From: Macrostomum lignano | Lineage: Eukaryota | NCBI GenBank assembly: GCA_002269645.1 | Contig: NIVC01000778.1 | Location: forward strand, 380,235 to 444,234 | Direction: 5' to 3' | DNA: 64,000 bases | Part shown: positions 38,780 through 51,989 of the stretch, piece by piece | Position numbering within the stretch: position 1 is the first letter of the stretch | Layout: the number at the start of each line of letters is the position of its first letter | Notes under the pieces: generated by a model | What the model was told of the DNA's origin: nothing | Databases searched by the model: none | Seen by the model: the letters and a program-made list of their open reading frames with translations, nothing else | Made by a program: the position numbers and the translations under genes

Positions 38780-41700
38780 ACTGTTCTTGCCTAATCTTGT
38801 GATATAGAAGTGGTGCTATAGCTAATGATTCCAGTAGGCCTACTGGATTTTGATCATTGAAATCCCATCTAGAACAATCTGCTTGCCACTATATGCTTAT
38901 TATAGCTGCAGGTCTTAGTTGAAGGTAACCAAGGTTCCAAGTCCTAAGACAATACATGATATGCAAGTATTATATTAATATATTGATACATTTTTATAGA
39001 ATATTATACTATAGCTCAGTTATCAAATTACTATTATTATCTAGTTATATTGAACTACAACTATATAGTTATAGACTATATTTAGGCTTACTTAAGGGGA
39101 AAAATACTAGGGCATAACAACCTATGCCTATTTTATACTTATTCATTATTGGAATCACTACTATGAAGACAACTTATTAAACCATTAAAAACTGAATTCA
39201 ATGAATTCAACTGAATTTAATTATGTATTCAACTGAAATCTATATACTGTATCCCCCAAGCATCCTAAAGTTGAAAAATCCTAGATACATTATGCAGACT
39301 TAAATATTACTATTTGGCCTATCTTATTTTTTTATAAATAATATAAGGCCTATGGCTATAGCTTACACCAGGTGCTACCATATAGAAAATGCACTATATC
39401 AGCAAAAATTCCCTTTGAAAATAACTTAGCAATAAGGCCATAAGCATTTTTTTTCAATGGTAATTTGGCCTTTATTTCCTTATTTGAGAATATAGACCAT
39501 GCAAGGGCAGGCAATTAATTGGTCCAAAAATGTGGCAATAGATAAAACTTTCAACCTTTTCAGCCTCAGTTCAGGATATGGTTCCTTTGAATAGAATTTT
39601 GCCTAATCCATTTGTGAACATTTTGGTAGAAGAGGCAGATGAAGTCTATTAAGTTAAAGAAACATTCAACAAAAGTTATGCCAATACCAAGCTCTCCTAT
39701 TGCCTCAAAGTTTTGTGCTTTTTGATGGCTTATTTGTTATAAGCTATTGCTAAAATCATATTGGTAAATGTGCTAACATTTTGACAAAAAGTGAGCATTT
39801 TATCTATATAGAATCTTGCCTTCAATACTACCTATGCAACAAACTAGTAGTGAAGAACATGACATATGTCTACAATGTAGGCTGCAAGATGAAATGACAG
39901 TAGACAACCTATATTAACAGTATCATTGGAGTGCATCATTCTAGTAGTCAATGCATTTTATCTCTATAGGCATATTAGATAATTTCTTTAAGTCAAACAC
40001 CCTATATAGGTACTTTCCTAGTGCAGAAGACTAATAGAAAAAATGTTCACAATTAGCACTGTTTACTATTGGCTTGTCACAAATTAAAGCTTCCTTTCTT
40101 AGGAGAATCTTTGCCTTTTTTCTTGTTTATTTCAAGTATTAATGTAGTAATATGGTATGTATTTAAATCCACTGCTTAAATTTTAGCTTGTCAATTCAGT
40201 TTGGCTTGTGAAAGGCTGTGGATTGATAGATGGTGAACACTGCAAGCAGATTAACTCCTTATTATGGCCTTATAGTCCCAGCTTCCTAGTTTAAGTAGAT
40301 GCAATTAGATTGGCAAACCTTTTTTGTCATATATCATTAAGCACTTGGATGCAGTTCATCTTTTCTAATTGTGTACATAATAACTTTATTAGCTTAAAGT
40401 ATATACTTTATATTCTTATGTTGATCAATCTTTTTATAATATAATTAGTTTCTTTTTGAATAATGAATCTACCCCTTTCTCATTTTGTTTTTAAAGCTGA
40501 CTGGCTTCTTGATCAACTTTGACTATATAAGAAGCACACAGCCATCCACAAAGCTAAATTGGTGCATTGTTGAACACTTCCACTTTGAAAGTATACCTTT
40601 TTACAAGTTTGCTAAGTTTTGTATTGAAGTAAATTCTTACAACTCTACTCCTATGATAGTGTATAAGATTTAACTATACCAAAGCAATGTTTAAATAATT
40701 AGTTGGTTTATAAAAGGGTGACTACTCAGGATAGGAAATGACGAAACTTGAAGGCTTATCTATTAATAAATTAGTCCTTAAAAAGCATTACTTTGAGATA
40801 TGTTTTACCTTGTAGTCAGTGAGTTTGTCAGTGGTAAATAGGCCTTCAAGTTTGACATTTCTTATCTGAAGTATTGAGTAGTCCCTGAAGGGTGGGTTCC
40901 TGGAATTAGAATTCTGCCATATTTGCAAGTGGCACTGCACTGTCTTAAATGCATTAGCAAGCTGCACTTTATTTAAAACAAAACCTTAGATCTAGATCTG
41001 CTGTTTGTATAGCTCACATGGGCAAAAGGAGTTTTGCATAATCATGTACCATCTTGACACTCTTCTATTGAAAATGCAACAATTGATTTGCCATTTGCTA
41101 GAATGTTATCAGACTCAGCCAGTTCAAAGCTTCACTAACCCTGACTTGCTGATTTATGCCTCACTGGATATAGACCCTGCTGGCACAAACTTATCTTGAT
41201 TGCTATGAAAGCAAATTTTGGAGACTAGTGCATATGTAAAGTGACTTCAAGAAGAGATGAGTATGTTTCTTCATGAGTCCTACAATTTTTACAGCTGACT
41301 AATTGAGACATCAAGCTACTAACTGTAGCATTTGGACTGAAGGCTTAGTTTGGAATGCTATTTGAGTCTCTTTAAATAAAGTAGAAAAAATCTTAAAGGA
41401 TATTGTTAAACTTCTGAGTGATCCCCAAGTGACACAAACCAGTTATGTGACAAAATTTAAGTTCAGACAATTTAAGAAATAGTTCAAATGATTCAATGTA
41501 TAGTTCTTTGTCAGACAACTTAATTGAATAGAACAGTATATGCATATAAAATTAAATGCTAGTACCTAATATGTTTGAATCTATGTAGCAAGTTCAAATC
41601 AAAGTTTTTATATATTGTATTACTCTTTACTATCTTTGCTATAAAGCTTGTCTGTATATTGCTACTCTTTTGTTTAATGCATTCATGGCCTAGAAGCCTC

Positions 41701-43935
41701 ACCAATCAAGCCCCAATCTATTTTTAGCACATAGGTCACTTCCTACATCTTATACAAATGTTAAGGTAATCTCTAGGTTTTTTCAAGTAAAATAAATGGA
41801 ATTGAAGAAAGAACAATTATTCTTGAGACCTGAACTGCTCTTAAAATTATGTTGATATGATTCAATCTGTAGATTTTGCTATATCTTTATATATAGCAAT
41901 GCCTTTTGCTTCATATAAAAATGCTTTAAAGTCTTGTGCTTACCTTCTTTCTGTGATTACAATTGTATGCTAGCCTAAATTGCACTATATATTACTTGTA
42001 GCATTTTGTTTTGGTTGAAAAATAATTTTGGTAAGTAAATCCAACTATATTTTATATTTTTAGTTACTTACAAACATATTGCTTGCATTTTTGTTTGAGA
42101 ATAAAGCCTATTTATATATAGGCAACAGTTGTTTTCATGGAATCAATAAGGCTATAATGATTAATATACATGTAGCTATACAAGTTAAAAAACAAGCTTT
42201 AGGCACTTATAAACAGCCTGTTTTAATTTAAAAGTTCTGTATTTTGCCCAATGGACATTGTTATATTACTTGTATATTTCCCTCCCCTACCTTTCCTATT
42301 CTTAGCTATGGTACTGGCTTTTCCTACTATTTGTATATCTTTCTCTATCCTTTTATATATTTTCCTATAGCCTCTTCTACAAACTTGACTCTTTACACTT
42401 TCTTTCTATATATGCCTTTTGCCCTTACTATCTATTTTACCTTGAGGCATTTACCCTCCTCTGAACTGTCAGATGCAATAAGCAATAGAGCTATTGAAAG
42501 TGGTAGTAGGATGCAAAACTGGGATGTGACAAAGATATAAAGAATGCTGCCCTATGTAGACTTACAATAGAATATAAATTTCTTAAGTTATCTAATTTGT
42601 ACATTTTGCACTTTGCTTTCCAGAGTTTAGGAAATTTAGGTAATCTCAAAGGTAGTTAAATATGCAGAACTATCAGTGACCTAATAGGCATTGATATAGG
42701 GGAAAGGGAAGGCAATAGAAAGACAGTGATGGGTAAAGAGAGAGAGGGAGAAGATAAGGCTAGAAGGGAAAAAAGGATGGGGGCTAGGAAGAGAAAAGGG
42801 AGGGGCTAAGGAAAGAAGATGATGGGGGCTAAAAGAGAGGATAAGGTATGGGCTAGGGAGAGGAAAAGGTAAGGGGCCAAAGAAAAGGAAAATATGATTA
42901 ATGGAAAGTATAGAGGGCATAGGGGTTTTAGATGATAAGGAGGATATAGGGAGGGTATAGAATATAGGGAAGGTATAGAGCATATAAGGAGAGTCAAGGG
43001 TAAAGAGGATATGGAGGGTAAACTGAGAGTATAGAGGTTAGGGAATGTTAGAGGTTTTCCATGCATTTTGGTGCCTGTGCTTTTCAGTGCCCTACATTTT
43101 GGTGCCCCAGATTGCTTTTTGGTGCCTCAGTTTAAGATGCCAAAATAATAATAAAAAAGGAAGTCCTGTAACAAATATAATAAATACTTTACAAAATGTT
43201 CAATATTCCTAATAAAAGCAGTATTCATTTTGTTAAACTGGCATTTTTGTCAATGTAAAAAATATTGTCAATTTAATTGCTTGCATTTGTTTTATCTTGT
43301 ATAAACAATACAAGCTAGCTATACTCAGCAAGCATGCTAGTGCTATTAAGACTTAGTAAGGTAAAGTTGAAATCTATAAACAATACTATATAGTTTTTTA
43401 TTAGAATTATAAAATGTGACAAGTATATTTTATTATTTATTTTTTGTGAATCATATGATAATGTTTTATTTTATAAAACTGCATGGGAAATGAAGTGAGT
43501 ATTATTTAATAAGCTGAAATCTTTTGGGGCATAACTATCAGACTATAATCTATAAGATTTTACTACAAGTGCATTTGGGGCATGAGTTTAAAATTTTGAT
43601 GCCACTGATGCAGCAAGCAATATAAAAGTAAATTGAATCAAGAAAATTGAGTCTATGTAAAGAAAAAATTAAATTGAAATAAAACAAAACTATTTTTTAA
43701 ATTAATAGTTTTAGTTTACCTTGTAATATTAAGCCAATAATTTTATATATTGTATATTTTACTTTGTTGCAATTTCCTTGGCTTAGTTAATAAACTATAT
43801 AATCTATAGACTAACATAAACTTAATGTAATATTACATAATATGTATATATAGGCCAAATAAATATCATATATAGGCCTAGCAGGTCTAATTATAATTAG
43901 TAATAGTAGGGCCTATATGCTACCTACAAGCATAA
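38780..43935 (-). pseudogene. CpG-depleted decayed segment, possibly a Helitron2/Helentron-type remnant
   Basis: About 1 CpG in 5.1 kb. Broken minus-strand peptides near 41100-41240 (PKFAFIAIKI..PVRH, RVSEALNWL) resemble the Helitron-associated VR..V..AL.WL motif. The family call is weak. Confidence 0.4.
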
Positions 43936-44216
43936 ATGCGTATGAATAAATAGCAAAGAATTAAAACTAGAATTAAGAAAGTATTCTGAAAAATCTAAAA
44001 AATGGATTTTAGAATTGTATCTTGTCAAGAAATTGAAGACAAGATAAGACAAGACAAGAGCAAGACAAGATACAATTTTGAAATATATATTTTTAGATTT
44101 ACTTTGTCTTGTCTTGTCTCAAATTTCTCAACTTATAAGCCTTTCTTGTCTCAAATCTCGTCTCGAATAAAATATCTAATTTTGACACCTCTAAAAAGCA
44201 TAGATACCATATAAAG

Positions 44217-44830
44217 CAGGGTTCCCCAACCTGCAGCCTGTGGCAACTTCTAATAGTTTGCATTATATATATGTTATTATAAATTGATAACAACATGACT
44301 ATTATCATGACGATTCTGGTAATTAAAATGATTAGTTAATAACATGCTTGGGTGCAACCTAGGGATTCACCCGGCCGTTTCTATTGGCAACACACACATG
44401 TAAGTCATTATTGGACGGAATAGTAGTCACGTGACTGCTCTCAGCCAATAGTGACTTAAATGTGTGTGTTGCCAATAGAAATGGCCGAGTGATTCCAAAG
44501 GTTGCGCATGTATGGTTAATAAGAAAATAGTAGCAGAAAAAAGGTTTTTGAAATAATTTAACACAGAAAAATGCACAAAAAATTATTTATATTAATTTGT
44601 ACGCCAGTCATGTACACCACACTGTACACAGCCAAGAAATATACGCCAGTGTACACCACAAAACTCCTCTTTCTGCAATATGGTATGGACTGCCAAAACT
44701 AGATTTCATTATGCCAATTTATGGCTCTTAAAATGATATGCAGCCCCTTAAATAAAAAAAATGTATGCAATTGCAATTCCTAAATCATTTGGATTGCTAT
44801 TTTAACTATTCTAAAGGTTGGAGACCCTTG
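44217..44830. mobile_element. Degenerate hAT-type MITE
   Basis: TIR-like CAGGGTTCCCCAACCT / AGGTTGGAGACCCTTG. Flanks ATATAAAG vs GTGTAGAG differ only by transitions. Confidence 0.55.
44343..44514. mobile_element. Palindromic hAT MITE (172 bp) nested in the previous element
   Basis: Right TIR GTTGCGCATGTATG is identical to that of the MITE at 4261-4558. The left TIR is degenerate. 8-bp TSD GTTAATAA. The body is a near-perfect foldback. Confidence 0.82.
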
Positions 44831-45142
44831 GTGTAGAGTATTTAGGGAGGGTTTAAGGGTTAGGCAGGATATAGAAGGTATAAAGAGAGTATAAAGAAGA
44901 TATAAAGTATATGGAAAATATGGAAACTAGGAATATAAATTATAAATAGGATAATTTAGTTAGTTATAAACTATAAAATATTTACTAGTATTTACTATAA
45001 AATATTTACTTTACATTTTAGCTAGGGGCCTACACCAATAAGCTATTTTCTGACTCTTCATTTGTAGCAAATACTATTTTGTGTATCTGGTTGTCTTCTA
45101 AGAGGTATTGTCTATTGAGTCTATTGACAGAAATATTTTTCC

Positions 45143-45695
45143 GGCAATCCTACACTTCCGTTCGGTAAATTATTTTCACATTTGAATTCGTACCACTGAG
45201 TCAAATGACGTTGATTGGCAATGTGTCTATGGCCAAAAGTTTGAGCAAACAGAGTTTAAAGGGGTGTCAGTTTAAGGGAGCTGTTGCTTGTGAGCTGCTT
45301 GTTTTATTGAGCTTCAATTTCTCATATCTTCCAGTCTTCATTGCCATGGAGACATGTCCACACCAACACCGTGGAGGGCACATGGGCCCACGCGAAGCGC
45401 AAGATCCGCAACATGCATGGCATGAGCGACGCTCTCTTCGATGCACACATTGAGGAATTTCTCTGGCGTCGTCTGTATCCCCAATGTCCATTTGGGGCTA
45501 TCCTGTACTGGATTGGACATTACTATCCATTGTAGACACCTTAATGACCTGCAGACACACTCTAAGTGACTATGCGCTCTAACAGACTGCTACCATGTTC
45601 CACTGTTTTAGTTTTGTTTGGTTACATTGTTATTTACCACGCCTGTTCAAAATTCAATGTCAAAACAATTTACCGAACGGAAGTGTAGGATTGCC
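45143..45695 (+). mobile_element. Merlin (IS1016/ISXO2-like) DNA transposon deletion derivative, 553 bp
   Basis: Perfect 29-bp TIR GGCAATCCTACACTTCCGTTCGGTAAATT with GG..CC ends and 8-bp TSD ATTTTTCC. Internal HTNTVEGTWAHAKRK..FDAHIEEFLWRR is the Merlin transposase C-terminus. Confidence 0.92.
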
Positions 45696-46619
45696 ATTTT
45701 TCCTGATGTCTTGAGTTTGTGAAAATTTGGTCAAGTAGTGTAGGATGTCGGAACCATTTCTTGCTCCACACAGTCTACATGCTTCTTGAGAAAATATGTT
45801 GGGTGTAATGATCTCACATTACAGTTTTAGAAGTGTTGTTAGGATTTTTTGTTTCTAAATATGCATGGGAAATAATCTGAAAGGTCAGGCCTGCAGATTT
45901 TTTATAGAGATAGGCGTCTTTGTAGGATGTAACATTTTGCTGATCCTCTAGCAACAATATTAATTGCTAGATACAATTAATTTAGTAGTAGTAGTAGTAA
46001 GTTTGGCTCAGGCAAGAAGCCTGTTTGGCCAGTATATGTCAGTGTATTTAATATTAATATTTTTCGATAGAATGGGATCTGTGCGGCCGAGTTTTACAAT
46101 AATATAGTATTTGAAAGGGCGCCAATTTTCTTTTTCTTCTACGAAACTTCAAAAATCTTTAACGGCAAACAAAGCAAAAAGTATTTAAGTAAGGAATTAA
46201 AAGACAAGTATGGTGTCACTTAAATCCGTAGGTTTTCAAGTTTCAATATATTAAATTAATAATTTAATATATTATTATATAGATTTTAAATTCTGCCACG
46301 AGGGATTTTAAATTTTATTATCACCGTTAAATAACCGTTTATGTAAAACCATGCTTAGTTTATTGACTAGCAATCTAGTGCGGCCCCCCTTCGGGGCGCC
46401 CAATAAGAAAGGAGCAAAAATAGTTCATGGAAAACAATAAAAAAACACATTTTCTTAAACACTAATTCCTTCTTCACATTTTAAAAATCACCTTATTCGT
46501 GTAAAATTGTCACGGACTAAGATGTTTGCAAAATTAAAAAATCACTTTTTCTCTAAAATTAACAAACAGTCAACAAAATATCGTTTCCCTAAATAGAAAA
46601 TATTCCCAAGACAGCAAGC

Positions 46620-47005
46620 AACCCCCTCCAAAAGTGAACAATCGCAGATAGCAAGCATCCTCTAATGCTCATAGCAAGAATCACCACAGATAGCAAGCAT
46701 CTGCAGATTAGCAAGCATCCCCCAGATATTATAGAAGCATCCACCCAGATAGCAAGCATCCACCCAGATAGCAAGCATTCTGCAGATAGCAAGCACCCCC
46801 AGATATTATAGAAGCATCCTGCAGATAGCAAGCACCCCCCAGATATTATAGAAGCATCCACCCAGATAGCAAGCATCCTGCAGATAGCAAGAATCCCTGA
46901 ATAGCAAGCATCCCTGGATAGAAAGAATCCCATGCATGTAGCCAGTACCCCCTCTCCCAAATAGCAAGTATCCCCCCTCGAGAGCAAGCATCCACGAGAC
47001 AGCAA
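46620..47005. repeat. Degenerate GATAGCAAGCATCC repeats
   Basis: Directly visible. Confidence 0.85.
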
Positions 47006-47129
47006 GTAGCTAGTGCAAATGTTACTTCCGCTAATGCAATAATCGCTTTCTCAGGTTGTGCAACAATCCACGTCTCAGCGAGCGCAATAATCTCTTTTTT
47101 AGACAGCGCAGTAATCAGCTTCTCAGCTA

Positions 47130-50100
47130 GTGCAATAATCCTTGGTTTATTAATAGCAATAATCCTTGATTAATCAAGTGCAATGATCCTTGGTTTATCA
47201 AGTGCAATAATCCTTGGTTTATCAAATGCAGTAATCTTTGGCTTATCAAGTGCAATAATCCTTGGTTTATCAAGTGCAATAATCCTTTGTTTATCAAGTG
47301 CAATAATCCTTGGTTTATCAAGTGCAATAATCCTTGGTTTATTAAGTGCAATAATCCTTGGTTTATCAAGTGCAATAATCCTTGGTTTATCTAGCGCAGT
47401 AATCCTTGGCTTATCAGGTGCAATAATCCTTGGTTTATCAAGTGCAATATTTGTTTATCAAGTGCAATAATCCTTGGTTTATCAAGTGAAATAATCCTTG
47501 GTTTATCAAGTGCAATAATCCTTGGCTTATCAACTGCAATAATCCTTGGTTTATCAAGTGCAGTAATCCTTGGCCTATCAAGTGCAATAATCCTTGGTTT
47601 ATCAAGTGCAATAATCCTTGGTTTATCAAGCGCAGTAATCCTTGGCCTATCAAGTGCAATAATCCTTGGCTTATCAAGTGCAATAATCCTTGGTTTATCA
47701 AGTGCAATAATCCTTGGTTTATCAAGTGCAGTAATCCTTGGCCTATCAAGTGCAATAATCCTTGGTTTGCCAAGAGCAATAATCCTTAGTTTATCGAGTG
47801 CAGTAATCCTTAGTTTTCCAAGTGCAGTAATCCTTGGTTTATTAAGAGCAATAATCCTTGGCTTATCGAGTGCAGTAATCCTTGGTTTGCCAAGAGCAAT
47901 AATCCTTGGTTTATCAAGTGCAATAATCCTTGGTTTATCAAGTGCAATAATCCTTGGTTTATCAAGTGCAATAATCCTTGGTTTATCAGATGCAATAATC
48001 CTTGGCTTATCAACTGCAATAATCCTTGGTTTATCAAGTGCAATAATCCTTGGCTTATCAAGTGCAATAATCCTTGGTTTATCAAGTGCAATAATCCTTG
48101 GTTTATCAAGCGCAGTAATCTTTGGCCTATCAAGTGCAATAATCCTTTGTTTATCAAGTGCAATAATCCTTGGTTTATCAAGTGCAATAATCTTTGGTTT
48201 ATCAGATGCAATAATCCTTGGCTTATCAACTGCAATAATCATTGGTTTATCAAGTGCAATAATCCTTGGCTTATCAAGTGCAATAATCCTTGGTTTATCA
48301 AGTGCAATAATCCTTGGTTTATCAAGCGCAGTAATTTTTGGCCTATCAAGTGCAATAATCCTTGGTTTATCAAGTGCAGTAATCCTTGGCCTATCAAGTG
48401 CAATAATCCTTGGTTTATCAAGTGCAATAGTCTTTGGTTTATCGAGTGCAGTAATCCTTAGTTTTCCAAGTGCAGTAATCCTTGGTTTATTAAGAGCAAT
48501 AATCCTTGGTTTATCGAGTGGAGTAGTCCTTGGTTTATTAATATCAATAATCCTTGAATAATCCAGTGCATTAATCCTTGGCTTATCAAGTGCAACATTC
48601 TTTACTATCAAGTGAAATAATCCATGGCTTATCAAGTGCAATAATCCTTGGCTTATCAAGTGCAATAATCCTTGGTTTATCAAGTGCAATAATCCTTGGT
48701 TTATCAAGTGCAATAATCCTTGGTTTATTAAGTGCAATAATCCTTGGTTTATCAAGTGCAATAATCCTTGGTTTATCTAGCGCAGTAATCCTTGGCTTAT
48801 CAGGTGCAATAATCCTTGGTTTATCAAGTGCAATATTTGTTTATCAAGTGCAATAATCCTTGGTTTATCAAGTGAAATAATCCTTGGTTTATCAAGTGCA
48901 ATAATCCTTGGCTTATCAACTGCAATAATCCTTGGTTTATCAAGCGCAGTAATCTTTGGCCTATCAAGTGCAATAATCCTTGGTTTATCAAGTGCAGTAA
49001 TCCTTGGCCTATCAAGTGCAATAATCCTTGGTTTATCAAGTGCAATAATCCTTGGTTTATCAAGTGCAATAATCCTTGGTTTATCAAGTGCAATATTCCT
49101 TGGCTTATCAACTGCAATAATCCTTGGTTTATCAAGTGCAATAGTCCTTGGTTTATCAAGCGCAGTAATCCTTGGCCTATCAAGTGCAATAATCCTTGGT
49201 TTATCAAGTGCAATAATCCTTTGTTTATCAAGTGCAATAATCCTTGGTTTATCAAGCGCAGTAATCCTTGGCTTATCAAGTGCAATAATCCTTGGTTTAT
49301 CAAGTGCAATAATCCTTGGTTTATCAAGCGCAGTAATCTTTGGCCTATCAAGTGCAATAATCCTTGGTTTATCAAGTGCAGTAATCCTTGGCCTATCAAG
49401 TGCAATAATCCTTGGTTTATCAAGTGCAATAGTCTTTGGTTTATCGAGTGCAGTAATCCTTAGTTTTCCAAGTGCAGTAATCCTTGGTTTATTAAGAGCA
49501 ATAATCCTTGGTTTATCGAGTGCAGTAGTCCTTGGTTTATTAATATCAATAATCCTTGAATAATCCAGTGCATTAATCCTTGGCTTATCAAGTGCAACAT
49601 TCTTTACTATCAAGTGCAATAATCCATGGCTTATCAAGTGCAATAATCCTTGGTTTATCAAGTGCAATAATCCTTGGTTTATCAAGCGCAGTAATCTTTG
49701 GCCTATCAAGTGCAATAATCCTTGGTTTATCAAGTGCAGTAATCCTTGGCCTATCAAGTGCAATAATCCTTGGTTTATCAAGTGCAATAATCCTTGGTTT
49801 ATCAAGTGCAATAATCCTTGGTTTATCAAGTGCAATATTCCTTGGCTTATCAACTGCAATAATCCTTGGTTTATCAAGTGCAATAGTCCTTGGTTTATCA
49901 AGCGCAGTAATCCTTGGCCTATCAAGTGCAATAATCCTTGGTTTATCAAGTGCAATAATCCTTTGTTTATCAAGTGCAATAATCCTTGGTTTATCAAGCG
50001 CAGTAATCCTTGGCTTATCAAGTGCAATAATCCTTGGTTTATCAAGTGCAATAATCCTTGGTTTATCAAGCGCAGTAATCTTTGGCCTATCAAGTGCAAT

Positions 50101-50920
50101 AATCCTTGGTTTATCAAGTGCAGTAATCCTTGGCCTATCAAGTGCAATAATCCTTGGTTTATCAAGTGCAATAGTCTTTGGTTTATCGAGTGCAGTAATC
50201 CTTAGTTTTCCAAGTGCAGTAATCCTTGGTTTATTAAGAGCAATAATCCTTGGTTTATCGAGTGCAGTAGTCCTTGGTTTATTAATATCAATAATCCTTG
50301 AATAATCCAGTGCATTAATCCTTGGCTTATCAAGTGCAACATTCTTTACTATCAAGTGCAATAATCCATGGCTTATCAAGTGCAATAATCCTTGGCTTAT
50401 CAAGTGCAATAATCCTTGGTTTATCAAGTGCAATAATCCTTGGTTTATCAAGTGCAATAATCCTTGGTTTATTAAGTGCAATATTCCTTGGTTTATCAAG
50501 TGCAATAATCCTTGGTTTATCAAGCGCAGTAATCTTTGGCCTATCAAGTGCAATAATCCTTGGTTTATCAAGTGCAGTAATCTTTGGCCTATCAAGTGCA
50601 ATATTCCTTGGTTTATCAAGTGCAATAGTCCTTGGTTTATCGAGTGCAGTAATCCTTGGTTTTCCAAGTGCAATAATCCTTGGCTTCTTGAGTGCAGTAA
50701 TCCTTGGTTTGCCAAGAGCAATAGTCCTTGGTTTATCGAGTGCAGTAATCCTTGGTTTTCCAAGTGCAGTAATCCTTGGTTTATTAATAGCAATAATCCT
50801 TGGCTTCTTGAGTGCAGTAATCCTTGGTTTGCCAAGAGCAATAGTCCTTGGTTTATCGAGTGCAGTAGTCCTTGGTTTATTAATAGCAATAATCCTTGGC
50901 TTATCGAGTGCAGTAATCTA
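47130..50920. repeat. 24-bp satellite (GTGCAATAATCCTTGGTTTATCAA)n with higher-order duplications
   Basis: Directly visible. A variant anchor recurs at ~48563, 49565 and 50307, and another at 47391 and 48777. Confidence 0.98.
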
Positions 50921-51548
50921 AGTGTTTTTATTTAGTCCTTTAATAAAACCTTTTAATAAAAAATTTTACACTACTACTTTTAAACTACTTAGATTCGAAC
51001 CTAGGTCGCTGCATTAGCAGTCTGGTCTGTTCAGCTCTAGGCTAGCTCTCATCGAAGTTATCAGTGATGTTGTACCACTTATATAATTCAACACTCACAC
51101 CAAGTCAGGTAGAGTAAAAAGTCTCACGAAGCAGTTATGACATAATCAATTTCTTAGGCAAGTCAGTACCAGTGTCTATGAAAGTTAACAAATGGTTACG
51201 TAATATAAATTGAGTACTGTGCTATGCTTTCACACTCAACGCTGTGATGCAATTCAATTGAGTGTCAAATTCAGCCAGTACACAGACGATAAATAAAAGC
51301 CTATTGTTATGATGCAATCTATTTCAAAATCAGAATTCAACCAGTCAGTTTTTTCTCTAGCATTCTTACAATGCATTTCAAGTCGAAAGAGCTGCTTGAC
51401 CTTTGCAAAAAAGCATGTTTTTCGAATATTTAATCTCTTTAGCATCGAGCAATTTTTTAGCCACGATGCATGTACCGTCACGGAAAAATTTCTGATCGAA
51501 CAGTGCAAGTTCGAAGAAAATCGGTTGAGCCGTTTTTGCTAAAATCGA

Positions 51549-51586
<38 letters not shown>

Positions 51587-51719
51587 CGACAGACCATTTT
51601 TAGTATATTGGACTAGCAATCTACGCCCCCCGTTGGGGAGCCAAATAAATGCAATACACGTTTTTTAATAAGCAACATGTAGCTAAGCCTTGAAATCTTA
51701 AAAAATCTCCTGTCAAACT

Positions 51720-51960
51720 TCTAACCATAACCCCAACCCTAACCATAACCCTAAATTGAATATTTTGTTCACGAGTTTTTGCATGATGCTTGCATTATTT
51801 TTTGCATGACGCTTCCATAAATATTTTTAATAGGCTACTACATGAGCTAAGTTATAAGCTACCCTAACCCTAGCCCTAAGCCAAATCTTAACGCTATACC
51901 CTGAACCTAACACTAAACCTTGAAACCCTAACACCAATCCTAACACTAACCCTACAGCCT
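51720..51960. repeat. Degenerate CCCTAA-like (telomere-like) repeats near the Helitron 3' end
   Basis: AACCCTAACC, CCCTAACCCTAGCCCTAA and similar. Confidence 0.6.
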
Positions 51961-51989
51961 GACATTTTCATAAGTTTGTGAAGCGCTTA

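Larger units (their letters stand above)
46367..51612 (-). mobile_element. Non-autonomous Helitron carrying a satellite array
   Basis: On the minus strand, a 5' TC at 51612 followed by a (GT)n tract. The 3' end has a GC hairpin (GCCCCGAAGGGGGGC) followed by CTAG at 46367-46370, then T. Confidence 0.7.
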
